Assembly (NCBI GenBank): GCA_963833225.1
Contig: CAWHXD010000008.1
Location: 64,001-128,000, forward strand
Length of the DNA: 64,000 bases
Direction of reading: 5' to 3'
From: an uncultured Chloroflexia bacterium
GTDB lineage: Bacteria > Chloroflexota > Limnocylindria > Limnocylindrales > CSP1-4
Shown: positions 37,420-47,154 of the stretch, piece after piece
How the letters are laid out: each line of letters begins with the position of its first letter
Numbering within the stretch: position 1 is the first letter of the stretch
Made by a program: the position numbers and the translations under genes
The notes under the pieces: generated by a model
The model's input: only the letters and a program-made list of their open reading frames with translations
Databases searched by the model: none
Told to the model about the DNA's origin: nothing

Positions 37420-38663
37420 TCAGCCCCTGATGCCGCGCAGGCGCTTCCGCAGGGTGACCTGCGGCACGGCCGACACGTCGATCCGCTGCGCGTCGAGCAG
37501 GCGCACGAACCGCTGCATCCCACGGGTGAGCGCTTCGGTGAATGCCGTCTCGCTCGCCAGGGCCGGATCCTCGAGCCACAGGCCCGGGATCCGGAGCGTG
37601 CGGGTCGCCCGGTCCAGCTTGGCGTCGAACCGCCCGACCAACCGATCGCCCCACAGGATCGGCAGCACGTAGTAGCCGAATCGGCGCTTCGCGGCTGGCG
37701 TGTAGACCTCCCACGAGTACTCGAACCCGAACAGGGGCTTGGCGCGGCCGCGCGCCGAAACCGGGTCGAGCGGCGACAGGAAGACGGCTTCCTCATCGGT
37801 GGTGCTGTCGATGGGATTCCAGGCACTCGGCACGCGCCCGGACTCCAGCTCGGCGAGGAGCGGGACATCGGACGCGACCGCCAGCTGGGTCGCCCTCCAG
37901 CCCTCGACCTTGACCTCGATCACGGCGTTGGACGCGATCCAGCGCGCCTGCCGGGCCGCCAGCTCGCCCTTGGGCACGTCGCGCCTCAGGAACCAGTTGA
38001 CCCCGGTGAGCCGGGTGAGCCCGCCCGCCGCGACCTCCTTGCGCAGCAGCAGGTCGTCTGCCTCGTCCTCGGGGACTTCGCGCAGCGCCTCCGGTTGGCG
38101 CGACCGCCTCCGTCGCCGCGTACACCCGCTCGAACCGATCGCGCCGGCTCACCATTGCCTCGCCGGTACGCCACAGGTAGTGGAGGGCAAGGGCGCTGTC
38201 CTTGCGGCCCCGGTAGCTGTCGACGCGCGTCCGGTCCCGCATCTCGAAGTCCCGGTTGGACACCTCTCGCCCCGACCGGAGGATGGTGCGCATCTCCTCC
38301 ACGGCGTCCGGGTGCTCGTGCTCGATCCGGGCCATCATTCCCTTCTCCGGCCTCGCGCCGCATCAGCACGCGCCAGAACGGCAGCTCGTCCATCGGCCGG
38401 ACGGCCAGCCAGCCGCCCCACTCGAAGAACCTCCGCTGCTCGTACGTGAGTCGAGCCCAATCGTCGATCGCGTAGTCCACGACACGACTGGCCAGCATGA
38501 GGTCGTGGGCGCGGGCGACGACGACGAGTGGATCGAGCTGGAGGTGCTCCATCGTGCGCATCGCCGTGGCGGCGCCTTCAAGACCCTGCCAGCGGCGCCC
38601 AGGCCACATGCCCTGGCGTCCCATGACGTAGCGGCGCGCGGTGACCGCCGAGATCTCAAGCAT
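37420..38663 (-). CDS. YcaQ/AlkZ-type (HTH_42) crosslink-repair DNA glycosylase (several frameshifts)
   Basis: LQLDPLVVVARAHDL, FLSPLDP, LFGFEYSWEVYTPAAKRRFGYYVLPIL across frames. Confidence 0.85.
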
Positions 38664-38788
38664 GTCTCACGGGCCTGACTGTAGCTTGGACTCGGGTCAG
38701 TTCGGATCGCGGAGGCCTTCCGGGCTGCGCCTCCACGGCGCGCTCCAGGGTCGTGCCGAGGGTTCGCCCGATCGCCGACAATGCGACG

Positions 38789-39757
38789 ATGAGGGCCGTC
38801 GTCCAGGACCGATACGGGCCGCCCGAGGTGCTGCGCATCGAGGACGTCGAGCAACCCGTGCCGAAGGATGACGAGGTCCTGGTCCGGGTCCACGCGTCGA
38901 CGGTCAGCCAGACGGACACCCATGGCCGCGGCGCGCATCCCGTCCTGTGGCGCCTCGTCGCGGGGCTCCGTCGGCCCAGGTGGCGGACCCTGGGCGTCGA
39001 GTTTTCCGGCGAGGTCGTGGCGGTCGGTTCGGCCGTCCAACGGTTCCACGTCGGCGACGAGGTCTTCGGGTGTCGCTGGTTCGGTGCGCATGCCGAGTTC
39101 ATCTGCATGCCGGCGACCGGACCGATGGCCCTCAAGCCGACCAACATGAGCTTCGAGGAGGCCGCTGCCATCAACGACGGCGGATCCCAGGCACTCTCGA
39201 CGTTGCGCCGGGCCGATGCCCGCGAAGGGCGGCGGATCCTCATCTTCGGTGCCTCGGGTTCGCTCGGCACGGCGGCGGTGCAGATCGCCAAGCACCTCGG
39301 CGCGCACGTGACGGCCGTCTGCGGCACGGATCACGTGCAGCTCGTGCGGTCACTCGGCGCCGACGTGGTCATCGACTACCGGAACGAGGACTTCACGAAG
39401 AACGGCCAGACCTACGACGCGATCATCGACGCGGTCGGCAAGTACGCCTTCCGATGGGGGCGTCGCTCGCTCCGGCCGGACGGAGTCTACGTCGCAACCG
39501 ACGTGGGGCCGCGCCCCCTGGAGACGCTCTTCCTCGCGGTTGCGACGCGTTGGGTCGGCAGCCGGCGGCTCAAGTTCGCATCCGGACGGCGGAGCCTCGA
39601 GGACGTCCTCCACCTCAAGCAGCTCGTCGAGGCGGGAGCCTACCGGCCGGTCATCGATCGCGTCTATCCGATGGACCAGGTGGCGGACGCCCATCGGTAC
39701 GTCGAGGGGTGGCACAAGGCCGGCAATGTCGTGCTGACGATGGACCGCGGGGCCTGA
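38789..39757 (+). CDS. NAD(P)-dependent alcohol dehydrogenase/quinone oxidoreductase
   Basis: RYGPPEVL, IFGASGSLG, GADVVIDY, HKAGNVV. Confidence 0.9.
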   Translation: MRAVVQDRYGPPEVLRIEDVEQPVPKDDEVLVRVHASTVSQTDTHGRGAHPVLWRLVAGLRRPRWRTLGVEFSGEVVAVGSAVQRFHVGDEVFGCRWFGAHAEFICMPATGPMALKPTNMSFEEAAAINDGGSQALSTLRRADAREGRRILIFGASGSLGTAAVQIAKHLGAHVTAVCGTDHVQLVRSLGADVVIDYRNEDFTKNGQTYDAIIDAVGKYAFRWGRRSLRPDGVYVATDVGPRPLETLFLAVATRWVGSRRLKFASGRRSLEDVLHLKQLVEAGAYRPVIDRVYPMDQVADAHRYVEGWHKAGNVVLTMDRGA

Positions 39758-39809
39758 TCGCCTATCCGTCTGCTGCGTCGATCCGCTCCCCTCCTCCCCG
39801 TCGTCGGAG

Positions 39810-39842
39810 TTGACACGGCCTACATACAACCGTATGGTTGTA
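39810..39842 (+). promoter_or_regulatory. Leaderless-type promoter with ArsR operator
   Basis: TTGACA, 17 nt, TATGGT, then ATG 7 nt later; TACAACC-N4-GGTTGTA palindrome. Confidence 0.75.
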
Positions 39843-39845
39843 CCA

Positions 39846-40181
39846 ATGGCCACCACGTTCGACCCCGACCGCGCGTTCGCCGCCCTCTCCGATGCCACCA
39901 GGCGTGACATCGTCCTGCGGGCGCTGAGCGGCTCCGAGGGCGTTGCCGAGCTCGCGGGCCATTACCCCATGAGCTTCGCGGCGGTGCAGAAGCACGTCGC
40001 GATCCTCGAGCGCGCGGGCCTCGTGACCAAGCACCGCCTTGGTCGCCGGATGCTCGTGCAGACCGATATCGAGACGCTGCGCCTGGCGCGTGGCCTGCTC
40101 GACGAGTACGAGGCGCTGTGGCGCGGTCGCATCGACCGGATGACCGACCTCATCGCCGCCAGCAAGGAGACGAGAGGATGA
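39846..40181 (+). CDS. ArsR/SmtB-family transcriptional regulator
   Basis: FAALSDATRRDI, SFAAVQKHVAILERAGLV. Confidence 0.9.
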   Translation: MATTFDPDRAFAALSDATRRDIVLRALSGSEGVAELAGHYPMSFAAVQKHVAILERAGLVTKHRLGRRMLVQTDIETLRLARGLLDEYEALWRGRIDRMTDLIAASKETRG

Positions 40182-40678
40182 CGGTCACCTCGGTCCGCAA
40201 GGACCCCGACGCCCTGACGATGACCCTCACCGCCGAGTTTGACGCCCCGCCCGAGCGGGTGTGGCAGCTGTGGGCGGACCCGCGACAGCTGGAGCGATGG
40301 TGGGGTCCGCCCACCTGGCCCGCGACGTTCACGCGCCACGCCCTCGCGCCCGGCAGCCGGGTCGAGTACCACATGACGGGACCGACCGGCGACCAGCCCC
40401 ACGGCTACTGGGACGTGCTCGAGGCGGATCCGCCCCGGCGCCTCGTCTTCCGGGATGGGTTTGCCCACGACGATGGCACGCCAGACGACGACTTCCCGCG
40501 CAACGAGGGGCGGGTGACGATCGATCCCATCGGCGCCGGCCGCACCCGGATGTCCATCGAGAGCCGCTTCCCGAGCGTCGAGGCCATGCAGCAGGTCCTG
40601 GCCATGGGCATGGAAGAGGGCCTCACGCTCGCTGTCGGCCAGATCGACGACATCCTCGCGGAAGGCGTCGCGGCATGA
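40178..40678 (+). CDS. SRPBCC/AHSA1-domain protein
   Basis: FDAPPERVWQLWADP...WWGPP; typical ArsR partner. Confidence 0.88.
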   Translation: MTVTSVRKDPDALTMTLTAEFDAPPERVWQLWADPRQLERWWGPPTWPATFTRHALAPGSRVEYHMTGPTGDQPHGYWDVLEADPPRRLVFRDGFAHDDGTPDDDFPRNEGRVTIDPIGAGRTRMSIESRFPSVEAMQQVLAMGMEEGLTLAVGQIDDILAEGVAA

Positions 40679-41550
40679 CCGCAGCCAGCACGCCGACGAC
40701 GCACACGCTCGCGGTCCCGGGCGCCACGCTCGCCTACGACGTCCGCCCGGGCGACGCGCAGACCCCGACGCTGCTGCTCATCGGCTCGCCGATGGGCGCG
40801 GGCGGGTTTGTGACCCTGGCGAGCCACTTTCCCGATCGAACGGTGGTGACCTACGATCCGCGCGGCGTCGACCGCAGCGCGAAGGACGATCCGGCCAGCC
40901 CGTCCACGCCCGAACAGCACGCGGACGATCTCCACCGGATCATCGACGAGCTCGGCGGTGGGCCGGTCGACCTGTTTGCCAACAGCGGCGGGGCGGTCAA
41001 CGCCCTCGCGCTCGTGGCTGCGCACCCGGAGCAGGTCCGGACGCTGGTCGCCCACGAGCCGCCGCTCGCATCGATCCTGCCCGACCGGGAGGGCGCCCTG
41101 GCTGCCAGTCGGGCCGTCAGCGACGCCTACCAGCAGGGCGGCTTTGGGGCGGGCATGGCTCGCTTCATCGGCGTCGTCAGCCACCAGGGCCCGTTCGACC
41201 CCGCCGAGGCCACCCAGCCGGGCCCGGACCCCGCGATGTTCGGACTGCCAACCGAGGACGATGGCGACCGGACCGACCCGCTGCTGTTCCAGAACCTCGT
41301 CACCTGCACCCACTACGAGCCGGCCTTCGCCGCGCTGCGGGCGGCCTCGACGCGGATCGTGCTGGGCGCGGGGGTCGAGTCCGGGGGCCAGCTGGCGCAT
41401 CGCGGAGCCCGTGCCGCCGCAGAGCAGCTGGGAACCGACCTCGTGATGTTCCCGAGCGACCACGGCGGCTTCCTGGGCGGCGAGTACGGTCAGGCGGGGG
41501 ATCCTGACGCCTTCGCCGCCAGGCTGCGCGAGGTGCTGCATCCCGCCTGA
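40675..41550 (+). CDS. Alpha/beta fold hydrolase
   Basis: VTYDPRG, ANSGG nucleophile elbow, AHEPP, DHGGF. Confidence 0.88.
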   Translation: MTAASTPTTHTLAVPGATLAYDVRPGDAQTPTLLLIGSPMGAGGFVTLASHFPDRTVVTYDPRGVDRSAKDDPASPSTPEQHADDLHRIIDELGGGPVDLFANSGGAVNALALVAAHPEQVRTLVAHEPPLASILPDREGALAASRAVSDAYQQGGFGAGMARFIGVVSHQGPFDPAEATQPGPDPAMFGLPTEDDGDRTDPLLFQNLVTCTHYEPAFAALRAASTRIVLGAGVESGGQLAHRGARAAAEQLGTDLVMFPSDHGGFLGGEYGQAGDPDAFAARLREVLHPA

Positions 41551-41734
41551 GGGCATCTGCTGCTTGGGTGCCCTGGTGCGGGCTGTCACCGTCATACGGA
41601 CCAGCGTCTGCAGGACCAAAGAGTCCGGCCGGGCCGTTGCGCAAGCCAGTGCCACCCGCCACGCTGGGGGAGTCGAAAGCCGGCCATGCCCGTGACGACC
41701 CAGAGAGCGCGATCCGCGGCACGGTTGTTGAGAG

Positions 41735-42616
41735 GTGACCCCGCTGCGCAAGCCGCTCCGCCGCTACAGTCGAAGCTTGGCGGCCCTTGCCCTTGGACTG
41801 ACGCTTGCGGCCGCGCTGTTCCCGGCGACCGTGGCGGCGGCGTCGCCGTTCAAGCTGGACCTCTACTTCGCGAGCGGGTACGAGCGCCAGGTCGACGGAC
41901 GGGCATGCACCGCGGGCTCGACGGCGATGATGCTCAACATCATCGCCGGGCGAGACCTGAAGCTCGACCAGGTGGCGATCCTTCGCTACGCGCGGGCCCA
42001 CGACGCCCTGAAGAGGTCGCGCGGATCGGATCCGCTCGGCTGGTCCAGGGCCCTGACGTACTTCTCGACAGAGGCTGGTGAGGTTCCGTTCACCTATGGC
42101 TGGGAGACCTACGGCTCCGAGTACCGAGCCCTCAAGCGGGCGGCCAGGCGGATCGCGGTCACTGGCAAGCCGGTCGGGCTGGTTATCTGGTACGGCGGTC
42201 ATGCGGTCGTGATGACCGGGTTCGAGGCCACGTCGGACCCGCGCGATGGCCACTTCAAGCTGACCCACGTCTGGATCAGCGACCCGTACGGGTCCCATCA
42301 CCACCGGTACACCGCCGCCGGGAGCCCGCTCGACCCCTACTACCAGCGGGACGCGACCCGAACCTACAACAGGGCGTGGTACGGCAAGTACGTGATCGTG
42401 GTTCCGCAGAAGGCTGCGCCTCTGCCCACGCCGACTCCGGACCCGAGCCCGACCCCTGTGCCCACGCCGACTTCGGACCCGACCCCGACGCCACCGCCAA
42501 CCCCCACGCCGGCGCCGAGCGCCGAGCCCACGCCCCCGCCAACGGCGGAGCCCAGCCAGACGCCACCGCCGACTCCGGAGCCCAGCCAGAGCCCTGACGT
42601 CAGCCCGGAGGCATAG
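41735..42616 (+). CDS. Secreted C39-like (papain-fold) peptidase with Pro/Thr-rich tail
   Basis: Signal peptide; QVDGRAC, GGHAVV, ISDPY putative triad; PT repeats. Confidence 0.7.
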   Translation: MTPLRKPLRRYSRSLAALALGLTLAAALFPATVAAASPFKLDLYFASGYERQVDGRACTAGSTAMMLNIIAGRDLKLDQVAILRYARAHDALKRSRGSDPLGWSRALTYFSTEAGEVPFTYGWETYGSEYRALKRAARRIAVTGKPVGLVIWYGGHAVVMTGFEATSDPRDGHFKLTHVWISDPYGSHHHRYTAAGSPLDPYYQRDATRTYNRAWYGKYVIVVPQKAAPLPTPTPDPSPTPVPTPTSDPTPTPPPTPTPAPSAEPTPPPTAEPSQTPPPTPEPSQSPDVSPEA

Positions 42617-42652
42617 AACCGAAGGTCCCGCCTCGGGCGGCTCGAACGTGCC

Positions 42653-44728
42653 ATGGAACCCCGGACCCCCTCGGGGCAGGCTGTCGGCGATGCGCAGGAA
42701 GGTTGGCCAAGTCCCGTGTCCGGAGCCGGTCCCGTGATGACGACGTGCCCCGTGTGTCGGCTGGTGGTCGCGTTTGACACGCACGGCAACAGCGCGTGCG
42801 GCCACGTCCGGGCGGGCATCGTCCAGCCGCCGCCTGTCCAGCCACCACCCGTCCAGCCACAGCCTGCGCCTCCGCCACTGTCCACGTCCGCTGCCGCGCC
42901 GCTTCCACCGCCGGGCCCACAGGGCGCGCCAGGGTGGGGTTCCCCAGTCCGGCCGGCCCCCCGGTCCGCCGGCGGCATCGGACGCAAGGGCTGGATCGCC
43001 ACGGCGGCGCTCCTGGGCGGACTGCTCCTGGTGCTGGTCCTGGTCGGATCGTCGCTGGAGCCAGACGGAGCCGTGCCTGGCGGCGCGGCCGCCACGACCG
43101 CGCCGGGCTCGACGGCCGTCGGCACCCCACCACCCGCGGCCGATCCCGTCGTCGGCTCGGTCAGCGTGGGCGAGACCGCGTACGTTGGCGGCGAGCGCAG
43201 CGACCCCGGTCAGGACACGACCCTCAGCGCGCCGGCCGACGGTCCAGGGGCAGGGATCCGGATCCACATCCCGGGAGACGCCTATGGCGATCCGGTTGAC
43301 TTCGAGCTGTCGGTCTCGTCGGTCGAGGTTGATGGCTATGCGGGCCTGATCGAGCCCGCGTCGGGCCTCGTCACCATCGAGAACGGTGGGCGGTACGCGG
43401 GCATCCCGATCGCGGTGACGGTCCCAGCGGAGGTGCCCGACGGGTGGTTTGCGATGGGGTTCTACCTCCTGCCCGACGGCTCGCTCGAGCCGATGCCGCT
43501 GGTCGAGGTGAGCCCAACCTCGGTCACCGTCGCGACCCGCCATTTCAGCTCCTTCTTCATCGGGCGGATCCGCGAGATCGAGCTTCCCGAGTCGGTCGGC
43601 ACGGGGTTCCACCCGGGTGTCGATGACTTCCCCACTCCCAACTACGGCAGCGCGCTCGAACCCAACGGCCACTGTGCCGGCCAGTCGCTCGCCGAGATGT
43701 GGTACTTCGCCGAGCAGAAGCCGGACGGCGCGCCCGCCCTCTGGTCCCGCTACGACGGGATCTCGGACGTGCCCACGCCGTCGTTCTGGCGTGACGATCG
43801 GCTGGTCTACCGGCTGGCCTCGTCGGTCCAGCACGACATCGACTGGGACAGCGACGCGGTGACGAGCTACTGGACCCTCATGAAGTCCGACCGCGATGAC
43901 ATCCAGCGCGACGCGTTCCGCTACGCCATGGCGGTCACCGGGATGCCCCAGTTCGTCGGCCTCACCGAGTCCGGTCGTACCGGAGGCCACGCGATCGTCG
44001 CCTACGCCGTGACCCCGCATGGCCTGTGGGTGGCCGATCCGAACTTCCCGGGTGCCCTGCGCGAGATCGAGTGGGATGCGCAGCACAACGAGTTCGTGCC
44101 CTACCTGTCGGGTGCGACCGCGGCGAAGTCCGATCACGCCTACAACCGGCCGGCTTTCTTCGGCAAGACGGCCTTCGTCCCGTGGGAGAAGGTCGGAGAC
44201 CGGTTCGCCGAGGCGAACGTCGGCACCATTGGGAACGGGGCGTATCCCGCCGGGACGCTGCTAATCGGCACCTCCAACGCCAAGGGCAAGACGAAGTGGG
44301 AGGCCTTCACCGATGGCATGACCCTGCCCGGCCAGGAGGTGCTGCTCAAGTACCTGCCCGACGATCCGGCCGACACGATGAACGCCACCCTCTACAACGG
44401 CGAGGGCCGCGTGATCGCCAACATCCGGTCGGGCAAGGCCAGGACCGTCACGCTCGGCTACGGGATCAACGACCTCGGCGTGTTCATCACCGCGGAGGTG
44501 AACGGCAACTTCGAGGCGGTCGACTTCACGTCCCTCACGGTGCGGACGCCGCCGCCCGGGGACCTCCCGGTCGCCACGGACCCGCCGGTCCCGGCCGATC
44601 CGGTCGCGACCGATCCGCCCCAGGCCACGCCGGCACCGCCGTCTGGCGGCTATGACTGCTCCAAGCCGCGGCCCACGGGCATCAAGGGGCTGGACTGGGA
44701 CCTGCACTGCACCGGGATCTCGCCGTGA
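42653..44728 (+). CDS. Membrane-anchored protein with putative papain-fold cysteine peptidase domain
   Basis: TM helix; NGHCAGQS, GGHAIV, VADPN. Confidence 0.65.
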   Translation: MEPRTPSGQAVGDAQEGWPSPVSGAGPVMTTCPVCRLVVAFDTHGNSACGHVRAGIVQPPPVQPPPVQPQPAPPPLSTSAAAPLPPPGPQGAPGWGSPVRPAPRSAGGIGRKGWIATAALLGGLLLVLVLVGSSLEPDGAVPGGAAATTAPGSTAVGTPPPAADPVVGSVSVGETAYVGGERSDPGQDTTLSAPADGPGAGIRIHIPGDAYGDPVDFELSVSSVEVDGYAGLIEPASGLVTIENGGRYAGIPIAVTVPAEVPDGWFAMGFYLLPDGSLEPMPLVEVSPTSVTVATRHFSSFFIGRIREIELPESVGTGFHPGVDDFPTPNYGSALEPNGHCAGQSLAEMWYFAEQKPDGAPALWSRYDGISDVPTPSFWRDDRLVYRLASSVQHDIDWDSDAVTSYWTLMKSDRDDIQRDAFRYAMAVTGMPQFVGLTESGRTGGHAIVAYAVTPHGLWVADPNFPGALREIEWDAQHNEFVPYLSGATAAKSDHAYNRPAFFGKTAFVPWEKVGDRFAEANVGTIGNGAYPAGTLLIGTSNAKGKTKWEAFTDGMTLPGQEVLLKYLPDDPADTMNATLYNGEGRVIANIRSGKARTVTLGYGINDLGVFITAEVNGNFEAVDFTSLTVRTPPPGDLPVATDPPVPADPVATDPPQATPAPPSGGYDCSKPRPTGIKGLDWDLHCTGISP

Positions 44729-44785
44729 GCGGCGTACCTTCGGGGGATTTCGCGTCGGCCGATCGCTCCCGTATCGTCCCGGATC

Positions 44786-45406
44786 ATGACGGCGCCGCTG
44801 AGCCCACTGCACTTCGTGCTCCAGCGCACGCCCGAGGAGATCTTCGAGCCGGACTCCGTGACGGAGGCCCCGCTCGTCCGCTTCGCGGCGTATGCCTCGC
44901 ACCACCGCATCTCCGGCTGGGTACGGCTGCACGCCGACCGGCTGACAGACCTGCTCAACGCCCATGACGGCCTGGTGCTGACCGACGTCGACATCGAGGA
45001 CCTTGACGAGGGGACCCGGCACCGCTCGGATCGGATCCAGGTGGCCACCCGGGAGCTCGTGGCCGTGCATGCCGCGGGGCCGCGCGGCGACGAGGCCCTT
45101 CGCCACCGGACGCGCGCGCATGCGCTGGCGATCCGGACCGGCTCCTACCTCATCGCGGGCCATCTCCACGTTGACCCCGGCGTCGACCCGCTTGAGAGCC
45201 TCCGGCTGCGCCCTGCGATGGTTCCGCTCACGGATGCCTGGCTCGAGTACTGGACGGATGGAGCGGCGCGCCGGCACGGCATCGGGACGATCGTCGTCAA
45301 CCGCGACGCGGCCGACTTCATCGATCTCGTGACCGACGACGACCTGATCGAGGGGCTCCTGCGGCCTGACGCGATGCCGGAGGCGGACACCGTCGCATCG
45401 GCATAG
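44786..45406 (+). CDS. Hypothetical protein (duplicated DUF6812-like fold)
   Basis: Two similar halves: HRISGWVRL..RLTDLLN..LTDV and YLIAGHLH..PLTDA. Confidence 0.6.
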   Translation: MTAPLSPLHFVLQRTPEEIFEPDSVTEAPLVRFAAYASHHRISGWVRLHADRLTDLLNAHDGLVLTDVDIEDLDEGTRHRSDRIQVATRELVAVHAAGPRGDEALRHRTRAHALAIRTGSYLIAGHLHVDPGVDPLESLRLRPAMVPLTDAWLEYWTDGAARRHGIGTIVVNRDAADFIDLVTDDDLIEGLLRPDAMPEADTVASA

Positions 45407-45474
45407 GGCCGCGTCGTGGGTCGGTCCCTGCGCCCGCCTCGCCGGTCTCGCCGGTCTCGCGCGGCAGGCGGTGG

Positions 45475-47007
45475 TCAGCGGCAGTCCTTGCCGGCCGGGA
45501 GTGGCGCCGCCGGTGGCAGCGGACCGCTGAGGGCACCGCGCACGACCGAGCGGACCCGGGCGATCGCGTCCTTGTCGAGGTGCTCGGGGTAGGCCGGAGG
45601 GACGAACCTGACGGCCAGCACCCGCCGCAGGTTCACGCGTGCCGCCAGGTCAGCCAGCTCGCGGATGTCCCCTCGCCGGATGGTCGTCCACACGTTGTCG
45701 CGCGCGATCTTGAGCAGCCCCGATACCCGCGGCGCGAGCTCGACCGGGTCGACGTTGTGCGCCAGGGCAAGGAGCACATCCTGCTGCCGTCGCATCCGGC
45801 CGTAGTCGGAGTCCTGGTGGCGTGACCGGGCATAGGCGAGGGCCATCCGTCCACTCAGGTGCTGGCACCCGCGCGCGAAATCGACGGTGATCAGGCCGGA
45901 CCCGTCCTCCAGCGGGTACTTGTCGTCGTGCAGCGGCTCGGTGATGTCGATCCACAGGCCGCCCAGCTCGTCGATGAGCTGCACGAAGCCGGCCAGATTG
46001 ACCACGGCCATCCCGTCGAGCGGCACGCCCACGAGCTCCTGGACGGCACCCGCCACGGCCCGGTAGCCCCGGTTCTCGCCGCCGGGGAACTTGTTGGGAT
46101 GGCCCATCGCGTACACGTACAGCGAGTTCAGCAGGTGCGGGTAGCGGCCGTTGGGGAAGGCACCGGCGCTCTCGGGCGCCAGCGGGACGCCAACCAGGTT
46201 TCGGGGGATGCCGAACAGCGCGGCTCGACCGGACTTGGTGTTGACGGACAGCAGGATCATGGTGTCGGTGCGCAGGCTCCAGCGGTCGGGACCGGCGTCG
46301 GCGCCCACGAGCAGCAGGTTGAGCCGTCCATCCCGGGCCCAGGCCGGCCCCGGGTCGGGTGTCGAGGTCGGCGGTGCCGTGTCCGGAGCGGAACCCGACG
46401 CCGTGGGTTCGCTGCCGCCGGTGGTGGCACCGGGTGTCGCGGACGGGCCGACCCCAGGGGATCCACCCGGCGACGGCGAGCCCGGAGCGGGCAACGATGC
46501 CTCCGCATCCGGCTCGGTGGAGGCAACGTCATCAAAGTTCGCGGGTGGGATGACCCCTTCCTCCGGATCGCCCTCGTCACCCGGCAGGAAGATGGCGTCC
46601 AGGGTCATGTTGGCGTCGATGCCCACGGCCTCCACGTAGCCGTGGAGTCCGAGCGTCGCGGCGACGAGCAGGAGCAGGGCACCCTTGGCCACCACCCCGG
46701 GGCCACCGTTCGAGCCCCTGCGGACGCCGAGGCGCCAGGCGTCCACGATCGCCACGACGTGATACGCGGCGAGCACCACGTTGACCACGAGCAGCAGCGT
46801 CAGGATGGACGGGTCGACGAGGAGACCGGCGATGTCCATGCTCGTCGCCCCGACCAGGGCAACCAGCACGACGAGCGCGGTGGCGACGGCGGGTGCGGCC
46901 ATGACCGCGGCACGCCCGACGGACCCGAGCGCCAGCTGCCCGGCCCCGGGCAGCACGAACGAGAGGGCCGCCGCGAGCGTTGGTGAGCGCCGGACAGACA
47001 CGTGCAT
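45475..47007 (-). CDS. LCP (LytR-CpsA-Psr) family protein
   Basis: NLLLVGAD, RTDTMIL, GIPRN, ALAYARSRH..SDYGRMRRQQ. Confidence 0.92.
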   Translation of the reverse strand: MHVSVRRSPTLAAALSFVLPGAGQLALGSVGRAAVMAAPAVATALVVLVALVGATSMDIAGLLVDPSILTLLLVVNVVLAAYHVVAIVDAWRLGVRRGSNGGPGVVAKGALLLLVAATLGLHGYVEAVGIDANMTLDAIFLPGDEGDPEEGVIPPANFDDVASTEPDAEASLPAPGSPSPGGSPGVGPSATPGATTGGSEPTASGSAPDTAPPTSTPDPGPAWARDGRLNLLLVGADAGPDRWSLRTDTMILLSVNTKSGRAALFGIPRNLVGVPLAPESAGAFPNGRYPHLLNSLYVYAMGHPNKFPGGENRGYRAVAGAVQELVGVPLDGMAVVNLAGFVQLIDELGGLWIDITEPLHDDKYPLEDGSGLITVDFARGCQHLSGRMALAYARSRHQDSDYGRMRRQQDVLLALAHNVDPVELAPRVSGLLKIARDNVWTTIRRGDIRELADLAARVNLRRVLAVRFVPPAYPEHLDKDAIARVRSVVRGALSGPLPPAAPLPAGKDCR

Positions 47008-47154
47008 ACCCCCGGGGGACGGACCGATGTCAGGACGATGCGCCGCCGGGCATCGGAGCGCATGTGGCGAAGGTCACCTGCTCGTGCGACGACGCGGTGA
47101 GCGATCCGCGCCGGTCCCGGGCCAGGCGGCGGCCGGCGAGGCTGTCGGGGTCGC

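Noticed and set aside
10062-39757. Two dehydrogenase paralogs as island-flanking repeats
   Set aside because: Opposite orientations and clearly divergent sequences; ordinary paralogy
41620-41734. c-di-GMP-I-like riboswitch upstream of the secreted peptidase
   Set aside because: Loose resemblance (GCAAGCC...GAAAGCC) but lacks the GGGACGCAAAGC core and a convincing P2; needs cmscan
42420-42616. Tandem DNA repeats at the end of the peptidase gene (and within the RCC1 gene)
   Set aside because: Explained by Pro/Thr linker and RCC1 protein repeats
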